DNA of 64,000 nucleotides from an uncultured Acidimicrobiales bacterium (GCA_963695075.1 CAVOFR010000007.1:1680904-1744903); one strand, 5' to 3'; counted from the first letter of the stretch, positions 42,861 through 52,930 are shown. The notes: generated by a model not told the origin, from the letters alone. Program-made: numbers and translations.

Positions 42861-42876
42861 ACCCGGGCCGGTTGAT

Positions 42877-44127
42877 CTACACCAGCGTGTAGCGGATCGG
42901 CAGGTGCTTCACGCCGCCCACGAATGCGGCCTCGGACCACTCGGCCTCGCCGTCGATCTCGAGCGAGCTGACGCGGTCCAGGAGCTTGGGCAGGATGGTC
43001 CGGATCTCGCGGCGGGCGAACTGTGAGCCGAGGCAGTAGTGGGCGCCGAGCCCGAACGATATGAGATCGCCGGCGTCGGGCCGGCGAATGTCGAAGGTTT
43101 CGGGATCGTCGAACACGTTCGGGTCGCGGTTGGCAGCCGGATAGGACAGCAGAACACGATCGCCTTCGGGTATCCCGACTCCCGAGACGTCGAAGTCCTC
43201 GTGGGCGTACCGGAGGAAGTGGCGTACGGGCGTGGTCCATCGGATCATCTCCTCGGTGGCGCCGAACGCCAGCCCGGGATCGGCCCGCAGGGCGGCGACC
43301 TGATCGGGGTGGCGGAGGAGCGCTTCCATCCCGCCTGACAATCCGTAGGAGGTCGTGTCGTGGCCGGCGGTGGCGACGATGATGTAGTACCAGAGCGTTG
43401 CGTGGTCGTCCATGGGGCAGCCGTCGACCTCGCCGTTGGCGATCACCGTGGCGAGGTCGTCGGTGGGATTGGCCCGCCGGTCGGCCGAGATCGCCGCGAA
43501 GTACTCCTCGAAGCCGCGGATCGTGTCGGTGACCATGGTCAACGGATCGGTCGCGTCGCCGAGGTACTCGGGGTCGGCCGCTCCGAACAGTCCCTGGGTG
43601 AGCTGGAGCATCAGCTGCTCGTCGCTCTCGGGCACGCCGTAGATGCTCATTATCACCCTCAGCGTGTAGGGCACGGCGATGTCCTGGGCGAAGTCGCACG
43701 TACCACCGAGATCGGCGAGCTTCGCGACGAACTCGTCGGCGATGGCGTCGATCGCGGCCTGCCGCTTCTTCACCGCGGCCGGCTTGAACCAGTCGTTGGC
43801 GACGTTGCGGTGGTCCCGGTGCTCGATGCCGTCCATGTGGATCAGGGTCTTCGGTTCCACGCCGAGCGAATTGATGAAGTCCATCTGGAAGTCGGGGGCC
43901 AGCACGGATTGGCGGGTGTTGAACATGACGTCGCTGCGGCGGGAGATCTCGAAGACGTCGGCGTGGCGGGTGACGGCCCAGAAGGGGGTGAATCCCTCGG
44001 CCTCGACCCGAAGGGCCGGAGTGTCGCTTCGGATCGACGAGGCGGTGGCGTGCCACGCGTCCTGATCGGTGTAGGCCGCAGGGTCCATGAAGATGGCACC
44101 GCGGGGGTCGGTGGTGATGTCGATCAT
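42877..44127 (-). CDS. cytochrome P450
   Basis: I-helix ATAGHDTT, ExxR motif (EEMIRW) and heme loop FGLGAHYCLG. Start at ATG 44127 (MIDITTD). The longer track ORF is an upstream extension. Confidence 0.92.
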   Translation of the reverse strand: MIDITTDPRGAIFMDPAAYTDQDAWHATASSIRSDTPALRVEAEGFTPFWAVTRHADVFEISRRSDVMFNTRQSVLAPDFQMDFINSLGVEPKTLIHMDGIEHRDHRNVANDWFKPAAVKKRQAAIDAIADEFVAKLADLGGTCDFAQDIAVPYTLRVIMSIYGVPESDEQLMLQLTQGLFGAADPEYLGDATDPLTMVTDTIRGFEEYFAAISADRRANPTDDLATVIANGEVDGCPMDDHATLWYYIIVATAGHDTTSYGLSGGMEALLRHPDQVAALRADPGLAFGATEEMIRWTTPVRHFLRYAHEDFDVSGVGIPEGDRVLLSYPAANRDPNVFDDPETFDIRRPDAGDLISFGLGAHYCLGSQFARREIRTILPKLLDRVSSLEIDGEAEWSEAAFVGGVKHLPIRYTLV

Positions 44128-44244
44128 GGCCACGGCGATCTCCGATTCGTTGTCCGTGCAACCGCATCCTGTCAGAGATCCGGTCCGGAGCAGACCGTTG
44201 ATGGCAACATGGCGGGGTCGGTGATGCCCGAGGGGGTCAGGTCC

Positions 44245-45363
44245 ATGCGAATCGGCGTTCCGCGCGAAGTAAAGGATGCCGAGCGTCGCGTCGGCCTGAC
44301 ACCCGTGAGCGTGCTCGAGCTGGTCGCCCACGGCCACGAGGTCCTGGTCGAGAGCGGCGCCGGGAGCGGCATCTTGAAGTCGGATGACGACTACATCGCC
44401 GCGGGTGCCGAGGTCGGCCCGGCCGACGAGATCTGGGCCGAAGCGGAGCTGGTGGTGAAGGTCAAGGAGCCGCAGCCGGCGGAGCGGTCGCGGCTCCGAC
44501 CCGACCAGGGGCTGTTCGCCTACCTGCATCTGGCACCCGACCCCGACCAGACCGCCGACCTCGTCGACAGTGGCGCCACGTGCATCGCCTACGAGACCGT
44601 CACCGACGTGAGAGGCGGCCTCCCGCTGCTGTCGCCGATGTCGCAGGTGGCCGGCCGTATGTCGATCCAGGCCGGGGCCCACTGCCTCGAAGCGGAGCAG
44701 GGCGGCTCCGGACTGCTCATAGGTGGGGTGCCGGGGGTGCGGTCGGCCGACGTCGTGGTGATCGGCGGTGGCGTGGTGGGTGAGAACGCGATCGAGATGG
44801 CCGTCGGCCTCGGCGCTGCGGTGACCGTGCTGGATCGCGACGTGGCGGTCCTCGACCGGCTGTCACGCCGGTTCGGGGCGACCCTCGAGACGGTCTACTC
44901 GACCAAGGCCACGCTGGAGAACCTCGTTCTCTCGGCCGACCTCGTCATCGGCGCCGTTCTGGTGGCGGGGAGCCGAGCGCCGCGGCTGGTGACCGCCGAA
45001 ATGGTCCGGGCCATGCGGCCGGGCTCGGTGATCGTCGACGTCGCCATCGACCAGGGCGGCTGCGTCGAGACCGCCCACCCCACCACGCACGACGATCCTA
45101 CCTACGTCGTGGACGACGTCGTCCACTACTGCGTGGCCAACATGCCCGGGGCGGTGCCGAAGACATCGACGTACGCCCTGAACAACGTCACGCTCCCGTT
45201 CGTGCTGGCCCTGGCCGACCGTGGCATCGAGGAGGCCCTCATGGCCGACGAGCACCTCCTCGACGGGCTGAACATCTGTCGCGGCGCCGTGACCGAATCC
45301 CACGTCGCCGACGCGCTGGGCTACGACTACGTCGAACCCGCCGCCGCCCTCTCCGCCCATTGA
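44245..45363 (+). CDS. ald: alanine dehydrogenase
   Basis: [57 protein letters not shown] and [13 protein letters not shown] closely follow the canonical Ald pattern. Confidence 0.93.
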   Translation: MRIGVPREVKDAERRVGLTPVSVLELVAHGHEVLVESGAGSGILKSDDDYIAAGAEVGPADEIWAEAELVVKVKEPQPAERSRLRPDQGLFAYLHLAPDPDQTADLVDSGATCIAYETVTDVRGGLPLLSPMSQVAGRMSIQAGAHCLEAEQGGSGLLIGGVPGVRSADVVVIGGGVVGENAIEMAVGLGAAVTVLDRDVAVLDRLSRRFGATLETVYSTKATLENLVLSADLVIGAVLVAGSRAPRLVTAEMVRAMRPGSVIVDVAIDQGGCVETAHPTTHDDPTYVVDDVVHYCVANMPGAVPKTSTYALNNVTLPFVLALADRGIEEALMADEHLLDGLNICRGAVTESHVADALGYDYVEPAAALSAH

Positions 45364-45396
45364 GTGCGTTACCGGGGACAGACCCCGATAACGCAC
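45364..45396 (+). terminator. stem-loop immediately after ald (I-shaped terminator candidate)
   Basis: GTGCGTTA-C-CGGGG-ACAGA-CCCCG-A-TAACGCAC gives 13 paired positions. It starts 1 nt after the ald stop and has no U-tract. Confidence 0.55.
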
Positions 45397-45437
45397 TCGG
45401 GTAGCGTCGCCCGGGTGACTCCACCGATCGAGGCGAG

Positions 45438-46475
45438 ATGCGACAGCTGATCATTCCCGAAGCCGGTGGACCCGAGGTCTTCGAGATGCGCGAGGCCCCT
45501 GATCCCACGCCCGGCCGGGACGAGGTGCGGGTGCGGATCCGAGCCGCCGGGGTCAACTTCGCCGATCTGGCTGCTCGGATGGGGACCTACCAGGACGCGC
45601 CGCCCTTCCCCTGTTGCATCGGTTATGAGATGGCAGGTGTCATCGACGAGGTCGGTCCGACCGGATCCTCCCGAGCGGGCGAGGCGCTCGCGGTCGGCGA
45701 TGAGGTCTTCGGGATGACCATGTTCGGCGGCTACGCCGACACGGTCGTCGTTCCCGCCTATCAGGTCCGTCGCATCCCCGCCGGCCTGGATACGGTGACT
45801 GCCGCCGGTGTGCCCGTCGTTTCGCTCACCGCCCACATGATGGTGGTCCGGCTCGGCTCCATCCGGGCCGGGGAGACCGTTCTCGTCCACGGTGTCGGGG
45901 GTGGTGTCGGCCTCGCCGCACTGCAGTTGGCGCTCGACCGGGGTGCGACCGTCATCGGAACGGCCAGTGGTCCGAAGCACCAGCGGTTGGCCGCCATGGG
46001 CGTTCACCACCTCATCGACTACCGGAGCCAGGACCTCACGACCGAGGTCCGCCGCATCGTGGGGGACCGGGGCGTGGACGTCATCCTCGACCCGATCGGA
46101 GGTCCGGCCACCCGGACGAACTACAGGCTCCTGGCACCGCTGGGCCGGCTCTTCCTCTACGGGATGTCGTCTACCAGCGCCCGGGGGGCACGGACCCGCA
46201 ACTACCGCCAGATCCTGGGCGCCGTCGCCCGCACGCCGCTGTTCCACCCGTTCCAGCTGATGAACGCCAACAAGGGCGTGTTCGGTATCAACATGAACCG
46301 GCTGGCCAGCGACGTTCCGTCGATGACCGCAGCGTTCGACGACGTCGTCGACGCCCTCCGCCGAGCTGTTCTCGTCCCGGTCATCGACTCGACGTACCCC
46401 TTGGAAGAGGCCGGTCGGGCCCACACGCACCTGGCTGACGGCAGGAACTTCGGAAAAGTCGTGCTCACCCTCTGA
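45438..46475 (+). CDS. NADPH:quinone oxidoreductase-like medium-chain reductase
   Basis: Carries GVNFADL, GYEMAGVI and VLVHGVGGGVGLAA. Lacks the structural-zinc Cys cluster. Confidence 0.85.
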   Translation: MRQLIIPEAGGPEVFEMREAPDPTPGRDEVRVRIRAAGVNFADLAARMGTYQDAPPFPCCIGYEMAGVIDEVGPTGSSRAGEALAVGDEVFGMTMFGGYADTVVVPAYQVRRIPAGLDTVTAAGVPVVSLTAHMMVVRLGSIRAGETVLVHGVGGGVGLAALQLALDRGATVIGTASGPKHQRLAAMGVHHLIDYRSQDLTTEVRRIVGDRGVDVILDPIGGPATRTNYRLLAPLGRLFLYGMSSTSARGARTRNYRQILGAVARTPLFHPFQLMNANKGVFGINMNRLASDVPSMTAAFDDVVDALRRAVLVPVIDSTYPLEEAGRAHTHLADGRNFGKVVLTL

Positions 46476-46497
46476 GCCGGTGGGTGAGACTTGGGCC

Positions 46498-47136
46498 ATG
46501 GCTGCGTCGCCACTGCCCGAAGCGATCTCGTGTCCCAGGCTCGAGATCCGGACCTGGCAGCCCGACGATGCCGTGACCCTGGCCGAGTTGATCGAGGCGA
46601 ATCTGGATCACCTTCGCCCTTGGATGCCGTGGATCGCCGCCGAGCCGCGGACGCTCGCCGAGCGTCGAGCCCTCTTCGCCGGGTGGGAGGCGAGTCGCTC
46701 GAGGGGCGATGACGTCACCTATGGCGTATTCCTCGACGGTGAGCCCGTCGGTGGCACCGGGCTCCACGGGCGGATCGGGCCCGGGGGATTCGAGATCGGG
46801 TACTGGATCGGTCGAGCCCACACCCGTCGAGGCTTCGCCACCGAAGTCGCCCGTACGCTGACCGAGGCGGCACTGGCGCGGCCCGACATCGACAGGGTCG
46901 AGATCCACCACGACGAGGAGAATCGTGCCAGCGGCGGGATCCCGAAAACGCTCGGATTCGAGCTCGTCGACCGTCGGGCCTACGAGGTGGGCGCTCCGGG
47001 CGAGAGCGGTGTCCGGCTGATCTGGCGTCTGAAACGCCACTCGGGTTCGGGGTGGCGCCGCGGCCGACGGGGTTCGTACCCTTCAGGGGGCGCCCTTCCG
47101 TGGCGCGACGAGAAAGGCGGTTCGACCGATGAGTGA
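46498..47136 (+). CDS. GNAT family N-acetyltransferase (RimJ/RimL-like)
   Basis: Carries RLEIRTWQPDD, GFEIGYWIGRAHTRRGFATE and RVEIHHDEEN. The start at ATG 46498 is preferred over GTG 46480. Confidence 0.8.
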   Translation: MAASPLPEAISCPRLEIRTWQPDDAVTLAELIEANLDHLRPWMPWIAAEPRTLAERRALFAGWEASRSRGDDVTYGVFLDGEPVGGTGLHGRIGPGGFEIGYWIGRAHTRRGFATEVARTLTEAALARPDIDRVEIHHDEENRASGGIPKTLGFELVDRRAYEVGAPGESGVRLIWRLKRHSGSGWRRGRRGSYPSGGALPWRDEKGGSTDE

Positions 47137-48427
47137 GATCCCACCCGGTGGTCCACCGCCCGGACCACCGCCCGGTGGCCCCCCGCCGGCGAGTGGCCCT
47201 CCTGGCTCGGGGTCTTCCGCGGCAGCCCCGACCTCGGGTGGAGGCGACAACACCAACCGGAACCTGCTCATCATCGCCGGCGTCCTGGTGGTGCTCGCAC
47301 TCGCGGCCGGGGCGTTCGTCCTCCTGTCCGGTGACGACGACGCTGACGAGCTCACCCTCGCTCAGGGTGAGGTCTTCCTCGAGCCGGCCGCCGAATCCGG
47401 GCCCGATCCGTTCACCGAGAAGATCGACGTCGCACCTGCGGAGACCCTCGCCTCTCGACCCCCACCCGGCGAGACGACGACCACCAGCAGTCCCGCGGGT
47501 CCCTCCACCACGGCGACCACCGCCGCCATTCCGTCGGCGGTCGGGTCGACTCCCGGCCTCTACGGGGGTACGCAGGACACCGCTCGGTGCGATCCGGGCC
47601 AGCTCAGGACGTTCCTCGAGGCGAATCCGGACAAAGCGGCGGCGTGGGTCGCAGCGCAGAACGCCGATCCGACCTTCGAGTGGTCCGACGGGCCGCTCAC
47701 GACGGCCAACGTCGGCGCGTACATCGCCACGCTCACTCCGATCACGCTCGTCACCGACACCCGGGTGACCAACCACGGTTTCGTCAGCGGGCAACCAACA
47801 CCTCGGGCGGCCGTGCTCCAGGCGGGGACCGCCGTTCTGGTCGACAAGTTCGGCACACCGCGGGTGAAGTGCAATTGCGGTAACCCGCTGATTCCGCCGG
47901 TCGCCGTCCAGGGTGCCACGACCTACACGGGGTCCAGGTGGCCGGGCTTCAGCCCGACGACGATCGTCGTGGTGCAGCCGGCGCCCGTGATCATCGACAT
48001 CTTCATCCTCATCGACATCGACACCGGCGGCCGGTTCAGCCGCCCGGCCGCCACCACGGGTGCCGATGACACACCGACCGACACGCCGCCCCAGACGGTC
48101 CCGACGACGGTGCCTCCCACCGAGCCTCCGGGGACCACCATCCTCTCCGCGACGGACTTCTGCGGGGCGATCGCCGAGTACGACAACCTCGGGAACGAGC
48201 TGTCACTCGACGACGAGGATGCGTGGTTGGAGTTCGCCATCAGCGCGTTCACCGAGCTCGAACGGCTGGCGCCGGATGACATCCAGCCCGAGGTCGAGCT
48301 CTTGCTGAACGCCGTCCAGGCCGGCGACTACTTCGCGGGCGACAACGCGGCCTACGAGGCCGCCGACGAGCGCTGGTACCAGTGGACGCTCGACAACTGC
48401 GGCTACGACTGGTACGCCAACGACTGA
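47129..48427 (+). CDS. membrane-anchored hypothetical protein with Pro/Gly-rich N-terminus
   Basis: A PPGGPPPGPPPGGPPP tract, then one TM helix (LLIIAGVLVVLALAAGAFVLL), then an extracytoplasmic domain with GLYGGT...C...FL..NPDKAAAW and CNCGNP. Overlaps the GNAT gene by 8 nt. Confidence 0.7.
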   Translation: MSEIPPGGPPPGPPPGGPPPASGPPGSGSSAAAPTSGGGDNTNRNLLIIAGVLVVLALAAGAFVLLSGDDDADELTLAQGEVFLEPAAESGPDPFTEKIDVAPAETLASRPPPGETTTTSSPAGPSTTATTAAIPSAVGSTPGLYGGTQDTARCDPGQLRTFLEANPDKAAAWVAAQNADPTFEWSDGPLTTANVGAYIATLTPITLVTDTRVTNHGFVSGQPTPRAAVLQAGTAVLVDKFGTPRVKCNCGNPLIPPVAVQGATTYTGSRWPGFSPTTIVVVQPAPVIIDIFILIDIDTGGRFSRPAATTGADDTPTDTPPQTVPTTVPPTEPPGTTILSATDFCGAIAEYDNLGNELSLDDEDAWLEFAISAFTELERLAPDDIQPEVELLLNAVQAGDYFAGDNAAYEAADERWYQWTLDNCGYDWYAND

Positions 48428-48439
48428 CGGCGCACCGCA

Positions 48440-49420
48440 TCACGTGAGTGCGATGGATGCGGCGATGCCCATGTTGTGAATCGATCGCTCGAGCCGGTCG
48501 GCCAGATCGGGGTCGATCAGCTGAATGGCGCGTTCGACGGTGATGTCGGTTCTCACGACGCCCGGCTCGTCGACGGTCCAGTCGGCCCCCGCCTTGTCGA
48601 ACACCTTGCGCATGGCGACGTTGTCGCTCAGCACCTCACCGCCGAGCCGGGTCAAACCGCTGGCTCGGGCCGCCACCCCCAGTGCTCCGACGAGCATCGT
48701 GCCCAGCCCCTGCCCTTGGAACTCGTCGGCCACGCCCAGGGCCAGGTCGGCGTGGTCGGCCGGCGAGTCGCTGGTGCATATGTATCGAGCGACCGCGACG
48801 CCGGGATGTTCGGCGTTGGCGGGATCGACGACCACCCAGGCGAAGTGGCGGGCGTAGTCGAGGTCGAGGAGATAGTCGATCACCGATGCCGGCGGCTGAC
48901 CCGCCGTGAAGAAGCGCCTTCGCAGCGTCTCCTGCGAAACGCGCCCGAGTGCCTCGATGTAGGCGTTGCGATCCTGGGGCAGGAGCGGCCGGATCTGGAC
49001 CGGCAGCCCGTTCCGTAGCGTCGTCTCGACCGGGTCCGCCATCTCGGCCAGGCGTTCGGCCGCGGTGAGAGCGAAATGGTGGCGCACGGGCTCGAGCTCG
49101 AGGAGCCGGGCGAATGCCGGCTCCTCGCCGGCGAAGGCCATCACGTCGTCCAGAGCGGTGACGGTGTTGGACCGTGGCGAGCCGGTGAGGAGGGACAGCT
49201 CGCCGAGCAGCGCCCCCGGTCCGACCCGGGCGATCTCGCGGAGGTCGCCGCCCGTTCCCCGCTGCACGACGGCGTGGCCGTCGGCCATGATCAGGAACCG
49301 ATGGCCGGCCGAACCCTCGTCGAACAGTCTCGCTCCGGGAGCGAAGCTGACGATGTGGAGATCGTCGGCCACCGACGAGGTCCGGACGGCTTCGAGCCAG
49401 TCGGCTTCCGATTCAGCCAC
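48440..49420 (-). CDS. cyclic-nucleotide-binding domain fused to GNAT acetyltransferase (mycobacterial Pat / KATmt-like protein lysine acetyltransferase)
   Basis: cNMP phosphate-binding cassette GELSLLTGSPRSNTVTA, then the GNAT core VADEFQGQGLGTML. Start at GTG 49420 gives 326 aa. The track ORF up to 49900 is a non-protein-like extension. Confidence 0.82.
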   Translation of the reverse strand: MAESEADWLEAVRTSSVADDLHIVSFAPGARLFDEGSAGHRFLIMADGHAVVQRGTGGDLREIARVGPGALLGELSLLTGSPRSNTVTALDDVMAFAGEEPAFARLLELEPVRHHFALTAAERLAEMADPVETTLRNGLPVQIRPLLPQDRNAYIEALGRVSQETLRRRFFTAGQPPASVIDYLLDLDYARHFAWVVVDPANAEHPGVAVARYICTSDSPADHADLALGVADEFQGQGLGTMLVGALGVAARASGLTRLGGEVLSDNVAMRKVFDKAGADWTVDEPGVVRTDITVERAIQLIDPDLADRLERSIHNMGIAASIALT

Positions 49421-49496
49421 GCAGGCGATCGTAACCCGGGGGCATGTAGGACTCGACCGTCCGCCGGTCCGACGGTGCTGACATCGGTCGCGTCCG

Positions 49497-50735
49497 TCAG
49501 ACGGCTGTGAACCGGATCGGCAGACTCGCCACGCTGCGCAGGACCATCCGTTCGGACCAGGTCGGTTCGCCGGCGAGCTCGAGGTCGGTACAACGACGGA
49601 GCAGCTCACCGAGTGCGACCTCGGCCTGGACGCGGGCGAGATGGCCGCCCAGGCAGGCGTGGATGCCCGCCCCGAGCTGGAGGTGCTGGCCGGCGTCGGG
49701 GCGGTCGACGCGGATCGAGTCGGCGTCGGGGCCCCACCTTTCGGGGTCGTGGTTGGCGGCGGCGAGGCTGACATAGAGCACATCGCCGGGCTGCACCACT
49801 GCGCCGTCGAACCTCGTCTCCCGCATAGCGACGCGCCGGACGAACTGGTTCGGCCCGTCGAATCGAAGCAGCTCGAGCACGGCGTTGACGAGCAGCCCAT
49901 CGAGATCAGCCTGGAGCATGGCCAGCTGGTCGGGCTGGCGGAGGAGGCCGAGCAGGCCGTTGGCGATCAGGGCCGTCGTGGGCTCGTGACCGGCCACGTA
50001 GAGCGTGACGAGCTGGGCCAGCAGATCACCGTGGGAGAGGCGCCGGCCGTCCTCGTCCTCGGCGAACACGAGGTTGGTCATCAGGTCGTCTCTCGGATCG
50101 GCCTCGACGACGGCGATCTGCTCCTCCAGGTAGCCGTACATGTCCTCGACCGCCGCCATGCACTCCGCCCGATCCTCGGGAGTGAGCACGGGGTCGAGGT
50201 TCTTGGCAACGCATTGCGTCCAGTACCGGAACCTGGGATGGTCCTCCTCCGGGAATCCGAGCATCTTGCAGAAGACGGTCACCGGAAGGGGGTAGGCGAA
50301 GTCGACGAGCACGTCCATCCGGCCGGTCTCGCCCCCGGCCGGCAGCTGCCTGGCGAGCAGGGTGTCGACCTCGGCCTGGATCATCTCGCGCCACGCCTCG
50401 ATCGCCCGTGCCCGGAACGGCGGTGCCATCAGTCGGCGGATCCGGGCGTGTTCGGGGTCGTCGAGCAGCACGAGGGTCATCCCGTCGCGGTCACCGATCT
50501 CCCGCTGTTCGATCTCGGCTTCGGTGATCGGTGTCGGATTCGCCCTGTCGATCTCGACGCTTACGGTCGGGTCCTTGAGGAGCGACGCGATGTCCTCGAA
50601 CCGGGTGAGCACCCATCCACCGAGGAGCTCGGAGCGATGCACCGGTTCGGCGGAACGGAGTCGGGCGTACTGGTCGTATGGCCACTCGACGAAGCCTTCC
50701 TCGAAGGGGTCGAAGGCCACCGAGGTGTCGGTCAC
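49497..50735 (-). CDS. cytochrome P450
   Basis: Carries AGHEPT, ELLRF (ExxR) and heme loop LGAGIHACLG. The GTG start at 50735 overlaps the upstream stop (GTGA). Confidence 0.9.
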   Translation of the reverse strand: MTDTSVAFDPFEEGFVEWPYDQYARLRSAEPVHRSELLGGWVLTRFEDIASLLKDPTVSVEIDRANPTPITEAEIEQREIGDRDGMTLVLLDDPEHARIRRLMAPPFRARAIEAWREMIQAEVDTLLARQLPAGGETGRMDVLVDFAYPLPVTVFCKMLGFPEEDHPRFRYWTQCVAKNLDPVLTPEDRAECMAAVEDMYGYLEEQIAVVEADPRDDLMTNLVFAEDEDGRRLSHGDLLAQLVTLYVAGHEPTTALIANGLLGLLRQPDQLAMLQADLDGLLVNAVLELLRFDGPNQFVRRVAMRETRFDGAVVQPGDVLYVSLAAANHDPERWGPDADSIRVDRPDAGQHLQLGAGIHACLGGHLARVQAEVALGELLRRCTDLELAGEPTWSERMVLRSVASLPIRFTAV

Positions 50736-51979
50736 GACTGATCCGCCAGCATCTTGGCCTGGGCGAACGCCGGGCAGCGAAGCCCCTCGGGCGGGATGTC
50801 GGACGGGGCCAAGCCGGCGGAGACTTCGGCCACGGTCGGTCCGTACCGGGCGGCCAAGGGGGCGAGCTTCCCCAGATCGAGTCTGTAGACCTCGGCGGCG
50901 TTGCCGCCGACCATGGCGGCCACCTCGTCCGGATCGACTCCCCCGAAGGCCATGGCGATGTGCTCTTTCGAGAACGGCCAGCAGCCCTCGAGGTGGGGGA
51001 AGTCGCTTCCCCACATGATGCGGTCCGTGCCGATGGTGTGGCGCATGGCGACTTCGTGTTGACGGATGAAGCTCGAGCCGAGGTGGCATTGGCGAGCGAA
51101 GTACTCGGAGGGCTTGAGCGACAGCCGCGACATGACGTCGCCGCCGAAGGCCTGCTCCTGTGATCCCACCGCCTTGCTCATGCGGTCGTGGTAATAGTCG
51201 AGTCGGGTCAGCTCCTCGGGTATCCAGGCCGAGCCCTGCTCGGTGAACACGAACTGGAGATCGGGATGCCGCTCCATCACGCCGGCCATGATGAGATGCC
51301 ACAGCGTCCGGTGGGCCCACCACGTGACCTCCAACAGGAAGATCACGTTGGCCTCGGGGTAGGGCCCCATGTCGGGAGCGGCACTGCCCCCGTGGTGGGT
51401 GATGGGCAGGCCCCGTTCGGCGCACGCCGCCCAGATCGGTTCGTAGTCGGGGGCGTAGAGCGGGGGGACACCCGATCCGGGAGGCGCTCCCGGGAGGAGG
51501 ACGCCGCCGGTGAGGCCGTTGTCGGCCACCCAGTTGATCTCGTCGACGGCTGCTTCGACGTCGTGCAGCATGATCTGCGCGATGCCGGCCCGCTGGCCGG
51601 GTGCGGCCGAACAGAAGTCGGCCAGCCACCGGTTGTGGGCCCGGATGCCGGCCATGCGACTGTCGAGATCACCGGAGCCGGCACCGGGCGGTTGGCTCAC
51701 GAGCGACACCTTCGGGAAGAAGGGCGGGATCGTGTTGGGAAACACCACCTCGGCGACGATGCCGTCTGCGTGCATCTCTCCAAGGCGTCGATCCGAATCC
51801 CAGTTGCGATCGGCATCGGCCCCCTTCACGTCGTCGTAGGGGTTCTCGTAGCCGGCCACCCACGTGTCGAAGGCCTCGTGGTACCCGGACTCCAGGTAGG
51901 GCCGGTAGTCGGCGACGTTGGCACCGGCGTGGCAGTCGGCGGAGATGACGGTGTAGCGATGGTCGTCGGCCAGCGGCAT
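50732..51979 (-). CDS. amidohydrolase-2 (PF04909-like) family protein
   Basis: Carries ISADCHAG, VVFPN, ITHHGG and IMWGSDFPHLEG. Start at ATG 51979, with GAGGGGA upstream. Confidence 0.85.
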   Translation of the reverse strand: MPLADDHRYTVISADCHAGANVADYRPYLESGYHEAFDTWVAGYENPYDDVKGADADRNWDSDRRLGEMHADGIVAEVVFPNTIPPFFPKVSLVSQPPGAGSGDLDSRMAGIRAHNRWLADFCSAAPGQRAGIAQIMLHDVEAAVDEINWVADNGLTGGVLLPGAPPGSGVPPLYAPDYEPIWAACAERGLPITHHGGSAAPDMGPYPEANVIFLLEVTWWAHRTLWHLIMAGVMERHPDLQFVFTEQGSAWIPEELTRLDYYHDRMSKAVGSQEQAFGGDVMSRLSLKPSEYFARQCHLGSSFIRQHEVAMRHTIGTDRIMWGSDFPHLEGCWPFSKEHIAMAFGGVDPDEVAAMVGGNAAEVYRLDLGKLAPLAARYGPTVAEVSAGLAPSDIPPEGLRCPAFAQAKMLADQS

Positions 51980-52147
51980 GTGTGGTTCCCCTCGGAGGCG
52001 AGCGTGGTCGGGGGGTCGCCACGTCACCAGCGGGGCGCACCGGTCCCGTCGCGGGTATAACACGGCCCTGCGACCGGAGCCAGACGAATTCGAGATCTGT
52101 CTCGAGCGTTCAGATCAGAGCGCTCGGGCGACGCCGGAGACCCACCG

Positions 52148-52930
52148 TCATGCACCGCCCGAACGTTCGAACCTGAGCTTGAACTCGATGATGGCATCCT
52201 CGTGGGCCGAACGGCCGAAGATGTCGGGCCGGGGCACCTCGAACTCGGCGAGCGTGACGTCGACCGACCCGACCACTTCGATGACGTCGCCCGCCCACTG
52301 GGCATCGACCGGGACCGTCTTGGGAAGCGTCAGCCCCCGGATGGTGAAATCGCCGCCCACCTCGTAGCCGGCGGTCGTGGCCTCGTCGGGGAGAGGAGTC
52401 AGGTCGAGGGGTGCGGACTGGGCGAAGACGGCGGTGGGATGATCCTCGGTCTGGAAGTAGCCGCCGACGAGAAGGCCGTCCCTGAGCTCGTTGCCCGAGC
52501 TGAGGCTGGCCATGTCGATGGTGAGCTCGGTGGCGGTCAGCGACCCGTTCTCTATCGTCAGCGTCCCCGTCACCTGCTCGGTTCGTCCGACGACGGTCTC
52601 GGGTCCGCCCACCGGTACGTCCTCCAGGATCCGGTAACCCGCTCCGAATTCACCGCTGGCGGGAAGTGCGACCGACCAGGTGCCGTCGAGCGCTCGGGCA
52701 TCGTCGATCACCGAGGTGGATGTGGTCCTCGACGAGCCGGTCGCGGTACCGGGATCGGAGCCGCTGGTCGGCCTCGAGGTGGAGCCGAGCTGCTCGGTCG
52801 GTACGAAGGCCTCGGGAGCGTCGGAGGAGGAGAGCCACGCGTTGACCGCGAAGAAGCCCCCGACGGCGAGCACGACGATCGCTCCGACGATGAAGGGCCA
52901 GCGCTGCCGAGGCGAATCGGGCGGGCTCAT
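52148..52930 (-). CDS. YceI-like lipid/polyisoprenoid-binding protein, membrane anchored
   Basis: N-terminal TM helix, then YceI-type motifs (GTW, RDGLLVGGYFQTEDHPTAVF, GDFTIRGLT). ATGA overlap with the pgl stop. Confidence 0.8.
   Translation of the reverse strand: MSPPDSPRQRWPFIVGAIVVLAVGGFFAVNAWLSSSDAPEAFVPTEQLGSTSRPTSGSDPGTATGSSRTTSTSVIDDARALDGTWSVALPASGEFGAGYRILEDVPVGGPETVVGRTEQVTGTLTIENGSLTATELTIDMASLSSGNELRDGLLVGGYFQTEDHPTAVFAQSAPLDLTPLPDEATTAGYEVGGDFTIRGLTLPKTVPVDAQWAGDVIEVVGSVDVTLAEFEVPRPDIFGRSAHEDAIIEFKLRFERSGGA

Noticed and set aside
52090-52126. Overlapping short inverted repeats (TCGAGA-TCTG-TCTCGA and CGAGCG-N12-CGCTCG) downstream of yceI, considered as a terminator.
   Set aside because: The stems are only 6 bp, they overlap each other, and there is no U-tract. 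The evidence is too weak to annotate, although transcription of the PPP operon probably ends in this 84-bp gap.
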